Part shown: positions 1-15,260 of the stretch, one piece after another
How positions within the stretch are numbered: position 1 is the stretch's first letter
Layout: every line of letters starts with the position of its first letter
Made by a program: the position numbers and the translations under genes
From: the human T2T-CHM13v2.0 reference genome, Homo sapiens
Strand: one strand, 5' to 3'
DNA length: 64,000 nt
Assembly: GCF_009914755.1 (NCBI RefSeq)
Contig: NC_060929.1
Notes under the pieces: model-generated
Told to the model about the DNA's origin: nothing
Seen by the model: only the letters and a program-made list of their open reading frames with translations
Databases searched by the model: none

Positions 1-59
1 ATTATTATGTCAGTTAAGAATGAAATAAAACTTAAAAATATATAAATTATAGCTTTGCC

Positions 60-1500
60 ATGTGAATAAATTGGGTCACAGAGAAGAGCATTTGAGAGAA
101 ATGATAAGACATAAGACTAAATGCTGAGGAATTCTAAAGTTTAGATGTTGAATCAAGAATGAGGAGCAAATAAAGAATACTAGGAAAGGGAAAATGAGGT
201 AGAAGGGAAACTAGGAGACTGTGTCACCTTGAAAGCCAAGAAAGGAGAAAGTTTCAGGCTCAGAAGATCAACAGAGTCAAAGGCTACTGCAAAGTAAAGG
301 GAAATGAAAACTAAAAAAAAGAATTCCAAATGACATGCAGCATGCCAGTCATAGAGTTGTCTGGAGTTCTTGCATATTTTTGATTTTCTTGTAAGAGTGT
401 GAGTGAGAATCAGATTGAAATCTAAGACTAAATGGGAAGTAAAAAACTGGGGATTTTGTGTATAGACAACTCTTTCATTCAGACCAGTTTTGAAATGCAA
501 AAGGTAGTGGAGGGAAGAGATGGGGTCATGGAGGAATTTTTAGAATAGAAGGACTTTATAGAATAGTAGAGCACATTTGTGCTTCAATAGGAATAATCCA
601 GAAAAGAGCATTAACAATGTAGATCAGAAAAGAGATAACTGAAAGAGGGAAATCCTTGAGAAAGTTATACAAAGTGGGACCTAGAGTGCAAGAGGGCTGA
701 TTGACCAAACTTCAGAGAAGGGACACATACTATTGTAATTGGGGGGATTGGGACTAGATAAGGTTATTAACTGAATGTGCCTGTAGGGGGTGGTAGTGGT
801 AGATGCATCATTTTAAAGGAGAATAGGAAAACAAGAATAGTTTAAAAAGCCAACAAACTATTTCCAAGAAATATTGAAGTCCTTGTGATGTTTTTCATCA
901 AAGATTTCAAGTGAAACTGCTCAGTCAGTTGTATGATTTCCTTTAGAAATGTGTAGATGCTTTCATGTAGCAACGAAAAAGGAGGATATTTGGTCTCATC
1001 TAGGATTGTTTTTTACTTGGGTATAAAGGAGAAAAGGGAGATAAGGGATTTAAGTATTTTTCAAGGGCACAATTGTAATATTTGAGCATGAAATATAACC
1101 TGGGCAAGAAGAAACATGAAGATGGAGTGAGGCTATTGATATTTATTAAAAAGTAATATGATTAATGGATTGGGTGTCTTGGTAAAGTGAAAGCATTGCT
1201 AATATGTAGATACATAAAAATGTGAATCAGAAAAATCAGAGGTGACAGTAGAGGAATGAAATATTCCAAGTTAAGGCATTTTGGGGAGCATATAAATCTC
1301 TATGGTATAAATATGGGAACAGAATTTGAGGCTGAATGAAAGTAAAAGTCATTTGACATCCCGAGGTACAGGACTGAGAAGAGGTACATGACAAAGAGTC
1401 ACCCAGGAAGTATTAGGAGTCACAAGTTAACGTCTTTAATGTAAGGAAAGTGACAAAGACATTGGTAAACAGAAAGATTAGAGAAGAGTAGTGTGCTTGA
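60..1500 (-). mobile_element. L2 LINE relic, highly diverged
   Basis: Purine-rich stretch with L2-antisense-like motifs (gaaagccaag...agaaagtttcagg, agatcaacagagtcaaaggctactg); boundaries approximate. Confidence 0.55.
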
Positions 1501-1789
1501 AAGCATATGGCTTTTTCAAGACTTTTTCTTCTTTAGAGGAAGAAGAGGAGGAAAATATTGTTTAGATGATGTAACCAAGAGCAAGAACACTCTACAAAGT
1601 TTTTGTCCTTGTGGTATAAAGGGACATGGAAGAAACAAAAACAAAAATCCAAGCTTCATAGAGTGAGAACCAGTTTTCAGTTAACATATGAAGATGGAAG
1701 AACTATCTTAAGGCTTAAAATATAACACCCTTCCTAATATCGTTAATATTTACATATATTTTCTTATTTAATTCTAATAGTCACTTCCC

Positions 1790-1930
1790 AAGGTGATGCT
1801 AAATTGTCTCAATTTTATAAATGAGGAACTCATAGCATGGAAATGTTGAGTAATTTTCCCATGGTTACATATCTAGTAAATATTGATGTCAGGATTCAAA
1901 ATCAGGGCATCTGACTTCAGACCAAGCTAC
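1790..1930 (-). mobile_element. MIR SINE fragment
   Basis: ttttataaatgaggaactc...atggttacatatctagtaaat...ggattcaaaatcagggcatctgacttcag resembles the MIR core, antisense. Confidence 0.7.
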
Positions 1931-2242
1931 AATTTCACCTGGTCCTAAAAAGTGGAAGACTTGCTTTGATCTGGGGGTAACTATGACATAGGATAACATT
2001 GGTAGTGATGTAACAAAAATAGGATAACTTTAGTAGTGATGGTAGATGAATGGAGAGACTTGTACTTAAGGCAGCAACTAAAATGAATAGGATTGTGCAT
2101 GCTGAGAGTTTTATACCCAGTCAGAGCAGAAATGATATAATCATTTCTAGGACTAGCTCAAAACTCATTCGTGACAAGGAATGCTTCTGGAATAAATTAG
2201 TTGTGTATATTGGTAGCTTAATCATGGAAACACAGACAAGAT

Positions 2243-2640
2243 TTGTAGATTACGGTAGACATTTCTAATCCTCACCAATATCTGGTTCACTTTCTTTTCC
2301 TGGACAAAGGAGGAAAACTTCAGTCTCCTTGAAGCTAGGCAGGGCCACAGGACTAATTCTTTCCAGAAAAAGTGAGAAGAAGAGATGTATGTGTCTCTTT
2401 CAAGATAAGGCAGTTGAAAATTCCAAAGCAATTTTCTATGTTTTCTTCCTCCAATGCCATGACAAAAATGGAGGTCTGATGGTCAGATGGCCAAGCAACG
2501 AGGTAGAAGTAGGTGAGTGTGTGGGGGTTGCTGCTGTGGAATGCCACAGGGAGGACAGCTGTCCTGGAGAGTCACCCTCTCTGGCAGAGGAATATGGTGT
2601 TAAGCCACTGATATAGACTGTCTCCTCCTGAGAAACACAG
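2243..2640 (+). mobile_element. MLT1 (MaLR, MLT1H/I/J-like) LTR relic
   Basis: cagtctccttgaagctaggcagggccacaggactaattct...gtgagaagaagagatgtatgtgtc resembles old MLT1 LTRs. Confidence 0.5.
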
Positions 2641-2746
2641 AGAAGGAGAGAAGTTGGACCAGATGAAGAGAACAGTATTGACAAAGAAACAAAAGTTAGA
2701 AATGACAAGAAGACCCTATCTAAATATCAGTGGGATTTCCCCCCCC

Positions 2747-3023
2747 TTTTTTTCCTTTTTCTTTTTAAGACAAGGTCTTATTCTGTCACCCAGTCTGGAG
2801 TACAGTAGTGCAATCTCAGCTCACTGCAGCCTTGACCACCCAGGCTCCAGAGTAGCTGGGACCACAGGTGTGTACCAGCATGCCTAGCTATTTTCTTAAA
2901 TTATCTATAGAGACAGGGTCTCCGTGTTTCCCAGGCTAGTCTCAAACTCCTGGGCTCAAGCGGTCCTCCCTTCTCAGCCTCCCAGAGTGCTGAGATTACA
3001 GGTGTGAGCCATGGCACCTGGCC
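2747..3023 (-). mobile_element. AluJ with small internal deletion
   Basis: Poly-T, cactgcagccttgacc, tcctgggctcaagcggtcctccc (J-type), ends cacctggcc; gatttccc on both sides (TSD-like). Confidence 0.9.
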
Positions 3024-4182
3024 AAGAGATTTCCCTAAGTCAATATTTCTAACAGATTTCTTCTCAGATCATGTGCTATACTAATGTACATTGTAAGTCT
3101 GTTAACATGGGTGGCTTTTTTTTTATGTGTAGCCTTTTCATTTTCTTAATGGACCACCTAATATCTGTAGAAATTACAATTTGGAAAATGCTTTTCTAAA
3201 TTTTATTTTTAGGGTATTCAATTGGTCAATATGCTATAATCATAGTTCTTAATTATCCAATCTTAATTCATGTAGATAAATTTATCTACTCAGAGATGAT
3301 GAACACTGTGGATAAAAGATATTAGAACAGCTCACCTTTATATATATATAAAATTTACCTCAGGAGATCCAACCTACTTGAGGGAGCATTTCTATTCATT
3401 CCTCAATCCATGCACATAGGTACGCTGCCTGAGTTACTAGCTCATGGAAATAGAGGATGCTAAAAAACTTGCTCCTCAAGTAGTTCCAGGGAAATAATTG
3501 CAGTCTAGAGGTATGACCTGTGACTAAGAGATATGTAATCTAGAGGTATGATCTTTAAACTAAGTCTAGCATAAAGTCATCCAGTACTATACTGGAAACT
3601 ATTTCTTGTTTTCAAGCATGTAATAATTTGTGTCTTTTGAATATGTTGATGGATTGCACTGATGTTCACTTTACAGAGCCCTAAAGAAATAAAAATACAC
3701 ACACAAAAGTACTTATACAGGCAGGAACCTAGTATTTTTTTTGCTTATGATAAGTTTATATCGTATTTAGGAAAAGAGAAACACATTGAACATTAAAGCA
3801 CATTAAACATCAACTGCCATAAGGACTGTTGGTGCAGACTGAGGATGTGGCCAAGAAAGAGGAGTGGAGGTAGGGGTTGGTTTCTTCTTTCACTGCAGAC
3901 CCACCTTGGGTTGGCCATTTGATAAGAGAGGAAAACTTGCTAATATTCTTGGTTAGAGATGGAGAAATGGATTTGGCAGAGATTACTAGTAGAAGTAATC
4001 AAAATCTGAGCTCCAAAGCACATAAACTCTATTCTCCTACTTGTATTTTTGGCTGCAAATTCCATCTCACATTTTCTGGTCCCATGTCATAAAGATACCT
4101 AGGAAATGTCTCTTGTTCTATTTTCCACCTCTTCTGGGTGATAAAAAAAAAAAAAGTCAGGTTTCTCTAAGTAAAGCTGGTT

Positions 4183-4260
4183 CACTCTCTCTTTTTCATG
4201 TTCTCTCTGTGTGTCTCTCTTTTTCTTTCTCTCCCTTTCTCTCTCTCTCTCTCTCCCTCC
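4183..4260. repeat. CT-rich low-complexity / (CT)n tract
   Basis: Directly visible. Confidence 0.85.
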
Positions 4261-4959
4261 ATGTACCTCAGAAAATCCTGAGTAAGGTAGTTTCAGTTTA
4301 GGGGAAGAGGAGGCCCTGTTTATTCTTGAGCTTAAAGAATATTCTCTTACAAAGTTTCTTTGAGGCCCTGAAATGAGATATAATACAGTATTTTGATCTT
4401 TTATACAATTTTCCTTGAGTATAATAAATAAATATCTCAATCTTCTTTCTCTCTCAACTAAAGGAGAAAAACAAAGACAGAAGTTTTGGGCAGTGTAGAA
4501 TTTGGACATTCCTGGAATTGTGAGCACAGTTCTTTCTCTCTCTGAGACCTTAACTTCCAGGAGGTGCAAGCAGTGAATGGTTCAGAGTTTATTGATTATT
4601 CCAATCAGTTCATGACCTATTGGAATCCCAGGGAAACCTTCACGGTGCACAGGAGATGAGAGTTGAGTTTGGGAGTAGTACAGGCGGTTAGGAGATAGAA
4701 CAGTATTTTAAGATGCAGAGCCAGAATAAGCCTTTACCAGAAGAGTAAAGGAAGCAGAGAAGCAGAAAAGTACCTGGCACAATATTTGGGGTCCTGTAAA
4801 GAACAATATGAACAAATATTGAAAACTATAGCCTGGGATTGGAAAGTGAGCTACACGCAATGTCCTCACTAGGGAGCTTTGTGTTGGACACTGAGTTGGT
4901 GTCCCTTTCCCCACACTGCACTCCTCTCCGTCTCCTGCACAATTTTACTTTCTGTACAC

Positions 4960-6353
<1,394 letters not shown>

Positions 6354-6781
6354 ATTTGTTGTCCAAACAGTGGCTCATAATGTGGCTTGTTGGGAATAGC
6401 ATTTTCAATAAGAATTATCAATTTGAACTTTAAATTTCTAATTCCTTTACAAAATTAATTTTTTTAAAAAAACTTAAATGTTAAATCTGTAACTATTATT
6501 TACTTATATTTTTATTTTTGTTCTCAATGTATTTGGTATTTTACTTTTAAAGTAACATTTTTATTGGTATGTTATTATCTATTTATTGAATCCTCAGGAA
6601 TAGTGCTGTCAACAGCATCCACAAATGGGTACAGAGTTTAAAGAGATGTACCGTATTCTGGGTTGAGAATGCAATAAAATAGCCTCTACTAACTGCTGCC
6701 ATTATGATATTTCCTAAAATCCTAATGAAAATTATTGCCTCTTTTTGAACCTTATATGCCTTCTTAAACATGAATTTGAGC

Positions 6782-6823
6782 ACAAGGCTTATCTGTTGAA
6801 CAACAAGGCTTATCTGTTGAACA
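6782..6823. repeat. Perfect 21-bp tandem duplication
   Basis: acaaggcttatctgttgaaca x2 (6782-6802, 6803-6823). Confidence 0.95.
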
Positions 6824-8657
6824 AACGAATAAAACAAATGAAAATTTAAGAAAAATAATTCACCAGAAATGCAAATTAAACACAAATATATATGTCTGTA
6901 AATGTAAATATGTGTTTATATATATATTTACTTTGTATCTGTATGTATACATGCATATGGGTGAAGACAGAATTTGGAATTTCAAGAACTGGTAAAATAG
7001 ATGATTTTCAGGTCCTTTTAGATCTTAAAATATAGCATTTGATAAGTTGGATCTGTTGTCTCAGAGTAATGAGAATTTAACAGGATTAAGTGGACATTTT
7101 TACTTGTTTGATTGAATTGAATCTGTTTTGAAAACACATTGAAATTCAACAAACTCACCCTACTGTATGGATGCCTCCTGTGTGCCAGGCTTGGTGCCAG
7201 GTAATGAGGATTCCAAGATGAAGGAAGCCTATGCCCTTCCCTGGGCCTCTTCATAATCTTGGGATTGAGATTGCCATGGCAAACTCACATGTGTAGTGCA
7301 TGTGCTTTGTATCTATAATATGAAGAACATATAAAATGGTATCCACGTGGAATTATTCTGCCTTTGAGGTGAAGGAATGTTTCAGAGTTTACCTTGTGCA
7401 ACAAACTCAGCAGTACTCTAATTCTCATCACTAGAGTGTTTTACTTCTCATTTCATTTAATAAGATGCTGCATTTTATATTTGGATCTATCTACCATTCT
7501 AGCTGTTATTTTTCCATGGATCTCATGTTATGACCATTGGTCCCTTCTTCAATTCTGTTTAATGCTACCTGCAGCTCAATCTAAATTGTAAACCAGGTCT
7601 AATGATGAATTAGAAGCCCCTTTCTCACCAGCAGTGGATAGTAATCTTGCTATGGCAAAATCCATATCCAGTGCCCTGGATGACTAAGTAGGAGCCGAGT
7701 GTACTTTTGCTTTAATCTCCTTTTAGTTATTTTGGTCAATGTGACAGCACTTCTGCTTGAGTTTATCTTTCTTCTGCAATTCCTACCTTGGGACTAGAGA
7801 CAAGCTATGACAAAGCATCCATTTACTTGAGACCAAATAGACTTTCTAACTATTGCCAGCTCTCTCCTTAATGGCAACCCTATTCCCAGAACTCTCAGCA
7901 TCTGCCTACGATGGGCCGATTCCAAAACATAACAGCACATCCAACTTACTGAGCATCTCTATTTCTAGAAAGGTTTGTTTAACACTCATACTATATTGGT
8001 CCCATTTGAATGTCAAGTATGAATTTATTACACATCATTTATTGAACTCTTTTTGAATATTAAGTTCAAGGTTGCTAAACCATCTTGGATATTAATATAA
8101 TGATCATGATGAAAACTTTGAACACTCCTAACCTAGACTCTTTCCTCAAATTTTCTCTTTACAACATACCCAAGTGACTATATATGCATGAGTAACAAGA
8201 AGCATTCCAAAGGAATATTTATAAGTATTAACAGGCAGGAAAAAAATCGGATGATTTTTAAATTACTAATTTAAAATGTATTTCAATATGCCAAGCCATG
8301 TTAAATCATCTGTAGGTCCAATAAATTTTAATATGTTTTTTAAAACTGAAGAATAATGCTTGACTACAAAAGATGAAGTTGTAGACTTTATTATAATAAA
8401 AATAATGGTTTGGTTTTGGAAATTGTATAGATTTCCTTGTGGACATAGTTTGTGAATAAAGCTTTTTCTTGTTTCTTATTTTTGGTTACCACATCCTCCA
8501 CCTAATGTGTTCTGAGGATGATGATGTTTGAAATTTACATTAAGATACCTTCTTGTTAGTAGGAGTGTAACTAACCAAGGAATGGAAGAAACAGTGGAAA
8601 GTAGTGGGAAGGACCCCAGCTTGCTAGCATGAGGTTCTTTTTATTTTTTCTGCTATC

Positions 8658-8740
8658 CAGTGATTCTTAATCATGTCAGGGTCACACATTCCTTTGAGAA
8701 ACTAAAGCTATGGATGGTCTCCCCATAAAAATGTAGAAAC
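8658..8740. mobile_element. hAT-Charlie-like MITE fragment
   Basis: cagtgattcttaa...gggtcacacattcctttgagaa...aaagctatggatggtctccccataaaaatg. Confidence 0.45.
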
Positions 8741-8765
8741 TCTGTGGGAATTATTAAGCCATTGT

Positions 8766-9172
8766 CTGTCAGCTTAAAGCCCAACCTTCTCTATTGTGCT
8801 TGGCCATTGTGGAGCTGAAACTCAGACCACTACATTCTGCTTTGCCAACTGTCTTCCTGTTTGGCTTTGCCAATAAAAGGTATGAGAGGGAGGCTGCAGG
8901 GCTGGAGAAAAATGAAGAAAGTTGTTTCTTTCTATCTGCCTCCCTGGACTTCCTGTCTGTGAGACCCTCCCTTAAGTTTCTAAGTTTATGCCATTGTTTC
9001 TTTTTCTTCTGAGCACTAGAGGTTGTGGTTATTTCCTGTACTTGCTTCTTCCATAATACAGTGCTATATAGCATTTTCCTTTTACGTTTTATTTTTAGGT
9101 AATGATTCCTCAGATGAATTCCCTCCATTCAACTAGCTGGTGTGGTTTTAGTCAACTGGACCCTGACTGATC
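8766..9172 (+). mobile_element. ERVL LTR33-like solo LTR
   Basis: ctttgccaactgtcttcctgtttggctttgccaata...; ends ggaccctgactgatca. Confidence 0.6.
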
Positions 9173-9257
9173 AATATTCTCACATAAATAAAACTTTTTT
9201 TTTTTTTTAAATTTTCAGGAGGCTGATTGATTCCTGCTTAGGAAGTAGTTAACCCAG

Positions 9258-9693
<436 letters not shown>

Positions 9694-11009
9694 TCATCAA
9701 GTCCAATCTGTACCCATTTTGAAACATAAGTGGGTTATCAACAGAAGTAATTATTTATAGGGAAGTGGATGAGAAAAAAGAAAAAAATTTTCTGTGATAG
9801 AAGTGGGAGAGTAGTCTTGGCATATGGTCCGTAGGAATTGAGTACAGATTTTGACCACCAGAAGGAAACAGGAAGCAGATGAGTGAAAAACACAATATCG
9901 TTTCAAAAAGTTTTTTTTTATATAAATGCAAGTAATAGAGCTGCAGAGTACAATTTTTAAAAATAAAGCTACCTGTACAGTCACTCTTGATGTGCCACAG
10001 TATTTCTTATCACAGCAATGCAGCTGCTGATATTTAGAACCTAGAATGGATTTCTTGCAAGACGCTGGCAGTAATTCCTACACATCCATAGCTGTCAGTG
10101 GAGTGAGTGCATTGTCACTATTATGAGGTCGTTATTGACACATGACTTTTATAATAGAGGAATTCCCATTTATGACATCTCAATTCTCCTAATCCCTTCA
10201 CCTTCTCTGCTAATCGAAAAAAAGTTGAAGTATACAGTTAAGGGCCAGAAGTAACAAAAAAAAAAAAAAAAAAAAGAAAGAAAGAAAATAAAAGAAAAAA
10301 AAATCAGTCTCTTTCCTCTGAGAGCCCAACTCCTAGTAAGAGAGACAGAATCAAATTTAATAAAATTTGAATAAGCTCCATAGGAAGTAAAGGGAGAAAT
10401 CAGTGTTAGAATTAAGGATGGTCGAGGGCACAGAAAAACTGGCCACATCCCATTGTCATTCTCCTTTCCAATATGCTCTTATTTCTGGAGACACAAGACT
10501 GTATCTTTTAATCATTTACTTTATTGTGCAACTCGCTGTATAACATCTATGTCTTCAAATTGTTCGGCATTCAATGGGATAAGAGAATGAATTTGGAAAA
10601 CCTCGCTGGCATTTAGCTAGGTAATTGAAGATGGAATTCCATAGGACTATCCCTTAGGCATACACCATACAAATTTACTCATATAAAATGTGTTTTTTTC
10701 CCTTCAGTTTTATGCAGGTGAAAAAAATATACAGAGTAGGAGCAACTTTTAGACTGAAAAATTTATCAGTTTATATATTACTATAAAGAAAACCACCCCA
10801 CTTCTTCTCAGGTGACAATGGAAAGGCTTGGTGAACTGATTTTATTACATGAGCGATTAGTTAATTTTATTTCATTATATTTTCCCAAATGATAGGGAAA
10901 CAGGGTGGTGTCATCACATTTTTTATCTTTTCTATTCTTTCCTGCTTAACCATCTTCAGCCAACAGTTTAGATCCTTACACAGTGCACAGCACAGGTTAT
11001 GTGGTCCAA

Positions 11010-11210
11010 GGGAATAGACTTAGCCGCTTGCGACTCTTGAAATTTAAGTTAAGATTAATTGAAATTAAAAAATAATAAATTTGCAGTTTCTCCATTGCAC
11101 TAGCTACATTTCAAGATCGATAGCCACATGTAGTGTCTGCATATTAAACAGCAAAAGTGTAAACTATTTTCATCATCTCAGAGAGTTTCATTACCCAGTG
11201 TTGACCCTAG
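11010..11210. mobile_element. MER3/MER33-like hAT-Charlie MITE
   Basis: cagtttctccattgcactagctacatttcaag...atagccacatgt...tttcatcatctcagagagttt. Confidence 0.6.
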
Positions 11211-11299
11211 ATCATCAACCTAATAACGATTCTGTAAAAGTGCCTCGCCTTCATTTTTTCATCCCTATGAACCTACTGTAAGAATAAAATAGGATTTGT

Positions 11300-11584
11300 G
11301 GCCGGGCGCAGTGTCTCACGCTTGTAATCCCAGCACTTTGGGAGGCCGAGGCAGGCAGATCATGAGGTCAGGAGATCGAGACCATCCTGGCTAACATGGT
11401 GAAATCCCGTCTCTACTAAAAATACAGAAAAATTAGCCGGACGTGGTGGTGGGCACCTGTAGTCCCAGCTACTCGGGAGGCTGAATCAGGAGAATGGCGT
11501 GAACCCGGGAGGCGGAGCTTGCTGAGATTGCGCCACTGCGCTCCAGCCTGGGCGACAGAGCTAGACTCCGTCTCAAAAAAGAGA
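11300..11584 (+). mobile_element. AluY
   Basis: Y diagnostics (gagatcgagaccatcctggctaac, aatggcgtgaacc); degenerate TSD aaaataggatttgt / aaaattagggcttgt. Confidence 0.95.
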
Positions 11585-12413
11585 AAAATTAGGGCTTGTA
11601 ACAGATTCTTTTTCAGTAGCCACAGCAGATGCCTTGTGTAGCATATTCAAGGCATTATACCCAAATTGTTGCACTGCAGAAGGGGAGACAAGGTTTTTTC
11701 CAAAGCCCTGAAACACATGATTTGGAAATCTTTTGCAGTCTTGCCTTATGAAGCAGCAGTGCCACCAAGTGTTGGGTGAAAACGGTTTCGATTTTTGAAA
11801 GACATTTGATGAAAATTTTGAATTAAAAAAATCAACAGAATTAATCATAGTTGCCATTTAACCTGCATAGGTTTATATCATGAAGCCTTATGTATCACTT
11901 TCCATTTATCACAGATTTTAAAACATAGTAAGAATAGATACAGTTAAATATATGCTGCACTTGATGTCTTTTTTTTTTTACTCTAGCTAAAAGAAAGATA
12001 TAGCATAACAATTTGAAAGGATGTGATGATTTTTTCTCCTTCACCTTGGATCTGTATATTTAGAAATTCTGCAATGTGCAACTCTGAACTGCAGCTATCT
12101 ATAGCGTGCTCCTAAGAAAGAATAAATTATTTAAACACTGCCATTGCCTCAGATCTAGATTTTACTCACTCTTCTTCATTCCCTCAATCACCACCCCCTA
12201 ACTTCCCTTCCCCCGCACCTTGTAGATCAGTCTGCCTCTATGGAGATTTTCATCCAAAACATGACGTGCATTTTATAACCGGAAAAACCGTAGACAGAAA
12301 AATGGTGGTTTTCATTTTCTGTGTTGTCTTTATTACAGATGGAGGGAGGAAAAGTCTACTGGTTTCTCTACCTTATTTATAACTGCAGCAAAATCCTATT
12401 TTACTTGTCCTCT

Positions 12414-12427
12414 GTTGCCATGGTTAC
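12414..12427. promoter_or_regulatory. RFX X-box motif (candidate)
   Basis: GTTGCCATGGTTAC is a close match to the palindromic X-box GTTGCCATGGCAAC, in apparently non-repetitive DNA; function not shown. Confidence 0.35.
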
Positions 12428-12889
12428 AAGCTTTCCCATTTCAACAGGTCAATACAAGCTTTCGGTTTATATAAGGTCTTGGGTAATTCATCTCAGCATT
12501 GCACAAACAACAAACCAGCTCTTATCTCCTCCTTCTTTAAAAAATAATCTGTCAAACCCCTGAAAGAACAATTCATTCTGATTTTCAAAATTTGTTATTC
12601 TCATCCTTATTCTCTTGTTTGTGGTTTTATGCTAATGTTCATTTAGTACTCCAAAACAGGACACAGGTTTTGTTAATGTAGCAACCTTAGCAGCTCTGTG
12701 TGCATGAATGTTCTAAACTGGCTGATTTGCTAATAGTACTTCATTTGTTTCGTGGAGAATACATACATTAAACCTGGCATTTTAATAGATCACATTAAAA
12801 ACGCAATATAGATCAGATGGTAGGAATTTGGCAAAGTGTTAAGATGTGTATTGGTCTGTGGTTCTTATTCATCAGCCTCAGGTATGTTT

Positions 12890-13164
12890 TTCAATGCTTC
12901 TGAGAGGTTTTATTGCTTCTCATCTAGTCTCTAAGTGCCATATGAAACATGCTCTATTACTTAGAGTACCTATAGTACAGAAATACCCCACTGACTGTGT
13001 TCTGGACTTCAATCTCTTTCTCTTTAACTCTGTTCTTCAAATCTCTTGTAGAATAATGTTTCCAAGTACTATATTTTATAAGCACATTGTTTTCTAGGTC
13101 AAATAATATTTAAGATTCCCAGTGCCTACCAAACAAAATGCAAATTATTCATGTGGACTTCAAA
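12890..13164 (+). repeat. Local direct duplication, copy A (about 275 bp)
   Basis: About 90% identical to 15261-15533 by manual alignment. Confidence 0.95.
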
Positions 13165-14001
13165 TATCCCTATATTTTATTATACCCAATAAAAAGTAAT
13201 AGAAATCATATTAACTGCATTGATTGCAAGGTCAGTTGGAATTCTGCTTCTTTGGGAACAAACAAAAGATTTTGAGTTGGAGTCTGAGGGAAGAAGAAAT
13301 GAGAATCTTTGTGATGAGACACAGAGGAAAGATTGTCAACTGTATGGGAGAATCAAAGTATGAATAGATTAAACACACACTCACATGCACACACACAGAC
13401 TTTTTCCAGCCTTTACTTATGAAGGGAATGATTTTATGTCTGTGTTCTTCCTTTGTATAAAACACGGATCAGGTCGGTAACAAAAAGATGAGCAGAAGGG
13501 AGTAGAAAGGACTTCGGTGAATTGACGGACCTGATGGCGGACACTCAGATTGATTTTATCCTTTATAGTGGTTAAACAGATGGCATGATCATACATCTCT
13601 GTGTGCATGGGACTGTCATGTTTCACTCCTGTTGTCATGGGCTAATAGCTCCTCATTTCACTTCCTAAAATGTTTGGGTTTAGATGGTAGATCACACAGT
13701 CACCCCACTACTAAAACATTGCAGGGAGTCTATTTTGACCTGGGTGGCAGTTTGTAGCTTCTGTTACTAAGATTTCCCCTCAGAACACAATGCATGGTGA
13801 CAGGTTACCTAAAATCTTGTCTTAAAACTGAAGCAAGTTGTGAAGAAATGTTGGCTAATGTAAAATATGTATAAATATTTTGTCTGATAAAAAGGAACAA
13901 TTTAAATAGCATTGACTTACTGGGAATACTTTAATTTTTCAATTAATTGTATAGTTAATAGTAGTTGTGAGTCTTTCAATTTTTATTATTTGCATAAATT
14001 A

Positions 14002-14213
<212 letters not shown>

Positions 14214-14499
14214 CTACCTCCTGAACATCCTTTTCTGCTCACATCACTCCTACTTTGTCTTCTTGGCTTATTTCGTAATGATCAAATATTTTTAGTCACC
14301 TGGACCCCTTTTAAATTAAATATAGACAGAATTCTACCACATAAGAGCAGAGATTCTGTGACTGGAATGTAAGAAGGGAGTGAAACTTCCAAGCTGCCCT
14401 TCTTCTGCATCCTTTCAATCTTCTCTGTTTCCTACAGGAAGGCAGCCTAAGGCAACTTTTTAGACCTTAGGGTTCTGACAACACAATCTTAAAGAAATA

Positions 14500-14690
14500 C
14501 CACTCTAGTAGGACAAATATGGACTTTCAAATCAGGTTTCAAGTTGAATCCTGTTAAATATTTAGAATGTATGTACCTATGGATGTGGCTTAAGCCCTGT
14601 GACTCCACTGGTAAATTTAAAATGTAGGGGATGGTGTACAGAATAAATGACAAAATTTAAATAGTGTTCCTAATACATGTAGACATTTCT
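14500..14690 (+). mobile_element. MIR relic
   Basis: ggactttcaaatcagg...gaatcctg...cttaagccctgtgactc...taaaatgtaggg. Confidence 0.45.
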
Positions 14691-14974
14691 CAAGGTTTAC
14701 GTTTCTGCCGTCTTACATAGCCCATTCCACATTATTGATTCTCACCCTGTCAATGAATCACAATCACATACAGATCTTCTTTTTAAATAGAAATGCCAGT
14801 TTCTGCTCATATTTGGACTCACGGATCTGATTATTAATCCACCCTGCTGGCCACTGGTAAAAAATGACTATGCTGCCTCCTATGGTTCCTCCTCCCCCAA
14901 GTCTAGGCATTCATGAGCTCTGACTCTTCTCCTGAGTCCTACTTTTGGATGGTAATTTGGATGAGAACAGAATC

Positions 14975-15090
14975 TCTCATAGCCAGGATGTCTAGGTTCA
15001 AGTCCTGGTTCTTCCGCTTATGAGTTGGCTAACACTGAACACATTACTTCTTTAGGCTTCAGTTGACTCATCTGAAAAACGGGTTTGTGG
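14975..15090 (+). mobile_element. MIR fragment
   Basis: tctaggttcaagtcctggttcttccgctta...ggcttcagttgactcatctgaaaaacggg. Confidence 0.65.
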
Positions 15091-15260
15091 CAATATTAAG
15101 TCTTATTCTCAAAATACTTCAACACTCTTCTCCTTATCATTTCAAATAAAATAACTCATTATTTTATGTTCTTGAGAAAAGAGAAATAACAATGAAACCC
15201 AAACACAGCTTTCTTTTTAATTCACATTTTTTTGTCTGACTATTCTATAAGTAATCCAGA

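Noticed and set aside
4183-4292. Polypyrimidine tract + CAG + nearby GTAAG/GTAG as a microexon
   Set aside because: The tract is a simple (CT)n repeat and there is no host gene or other support.
4099-4569. 156-aa minus-strand ORF
   Set aside because: Its length is inflated by the (CT)n tract (ERERE); it has no recognisable domain and a non-ATG start.
7271-7282. Palindrome TTGCCATGGCAA (X-box-like)
   Set aside because: It lacks the outer G and C of the RFX consensus and is isolated, so it is too weak to call.
13417-13638. CpG-containing 73-aa minus-strand ORF
   Set aside because: No recognisable protein similarity; cannot be supported as an exon.
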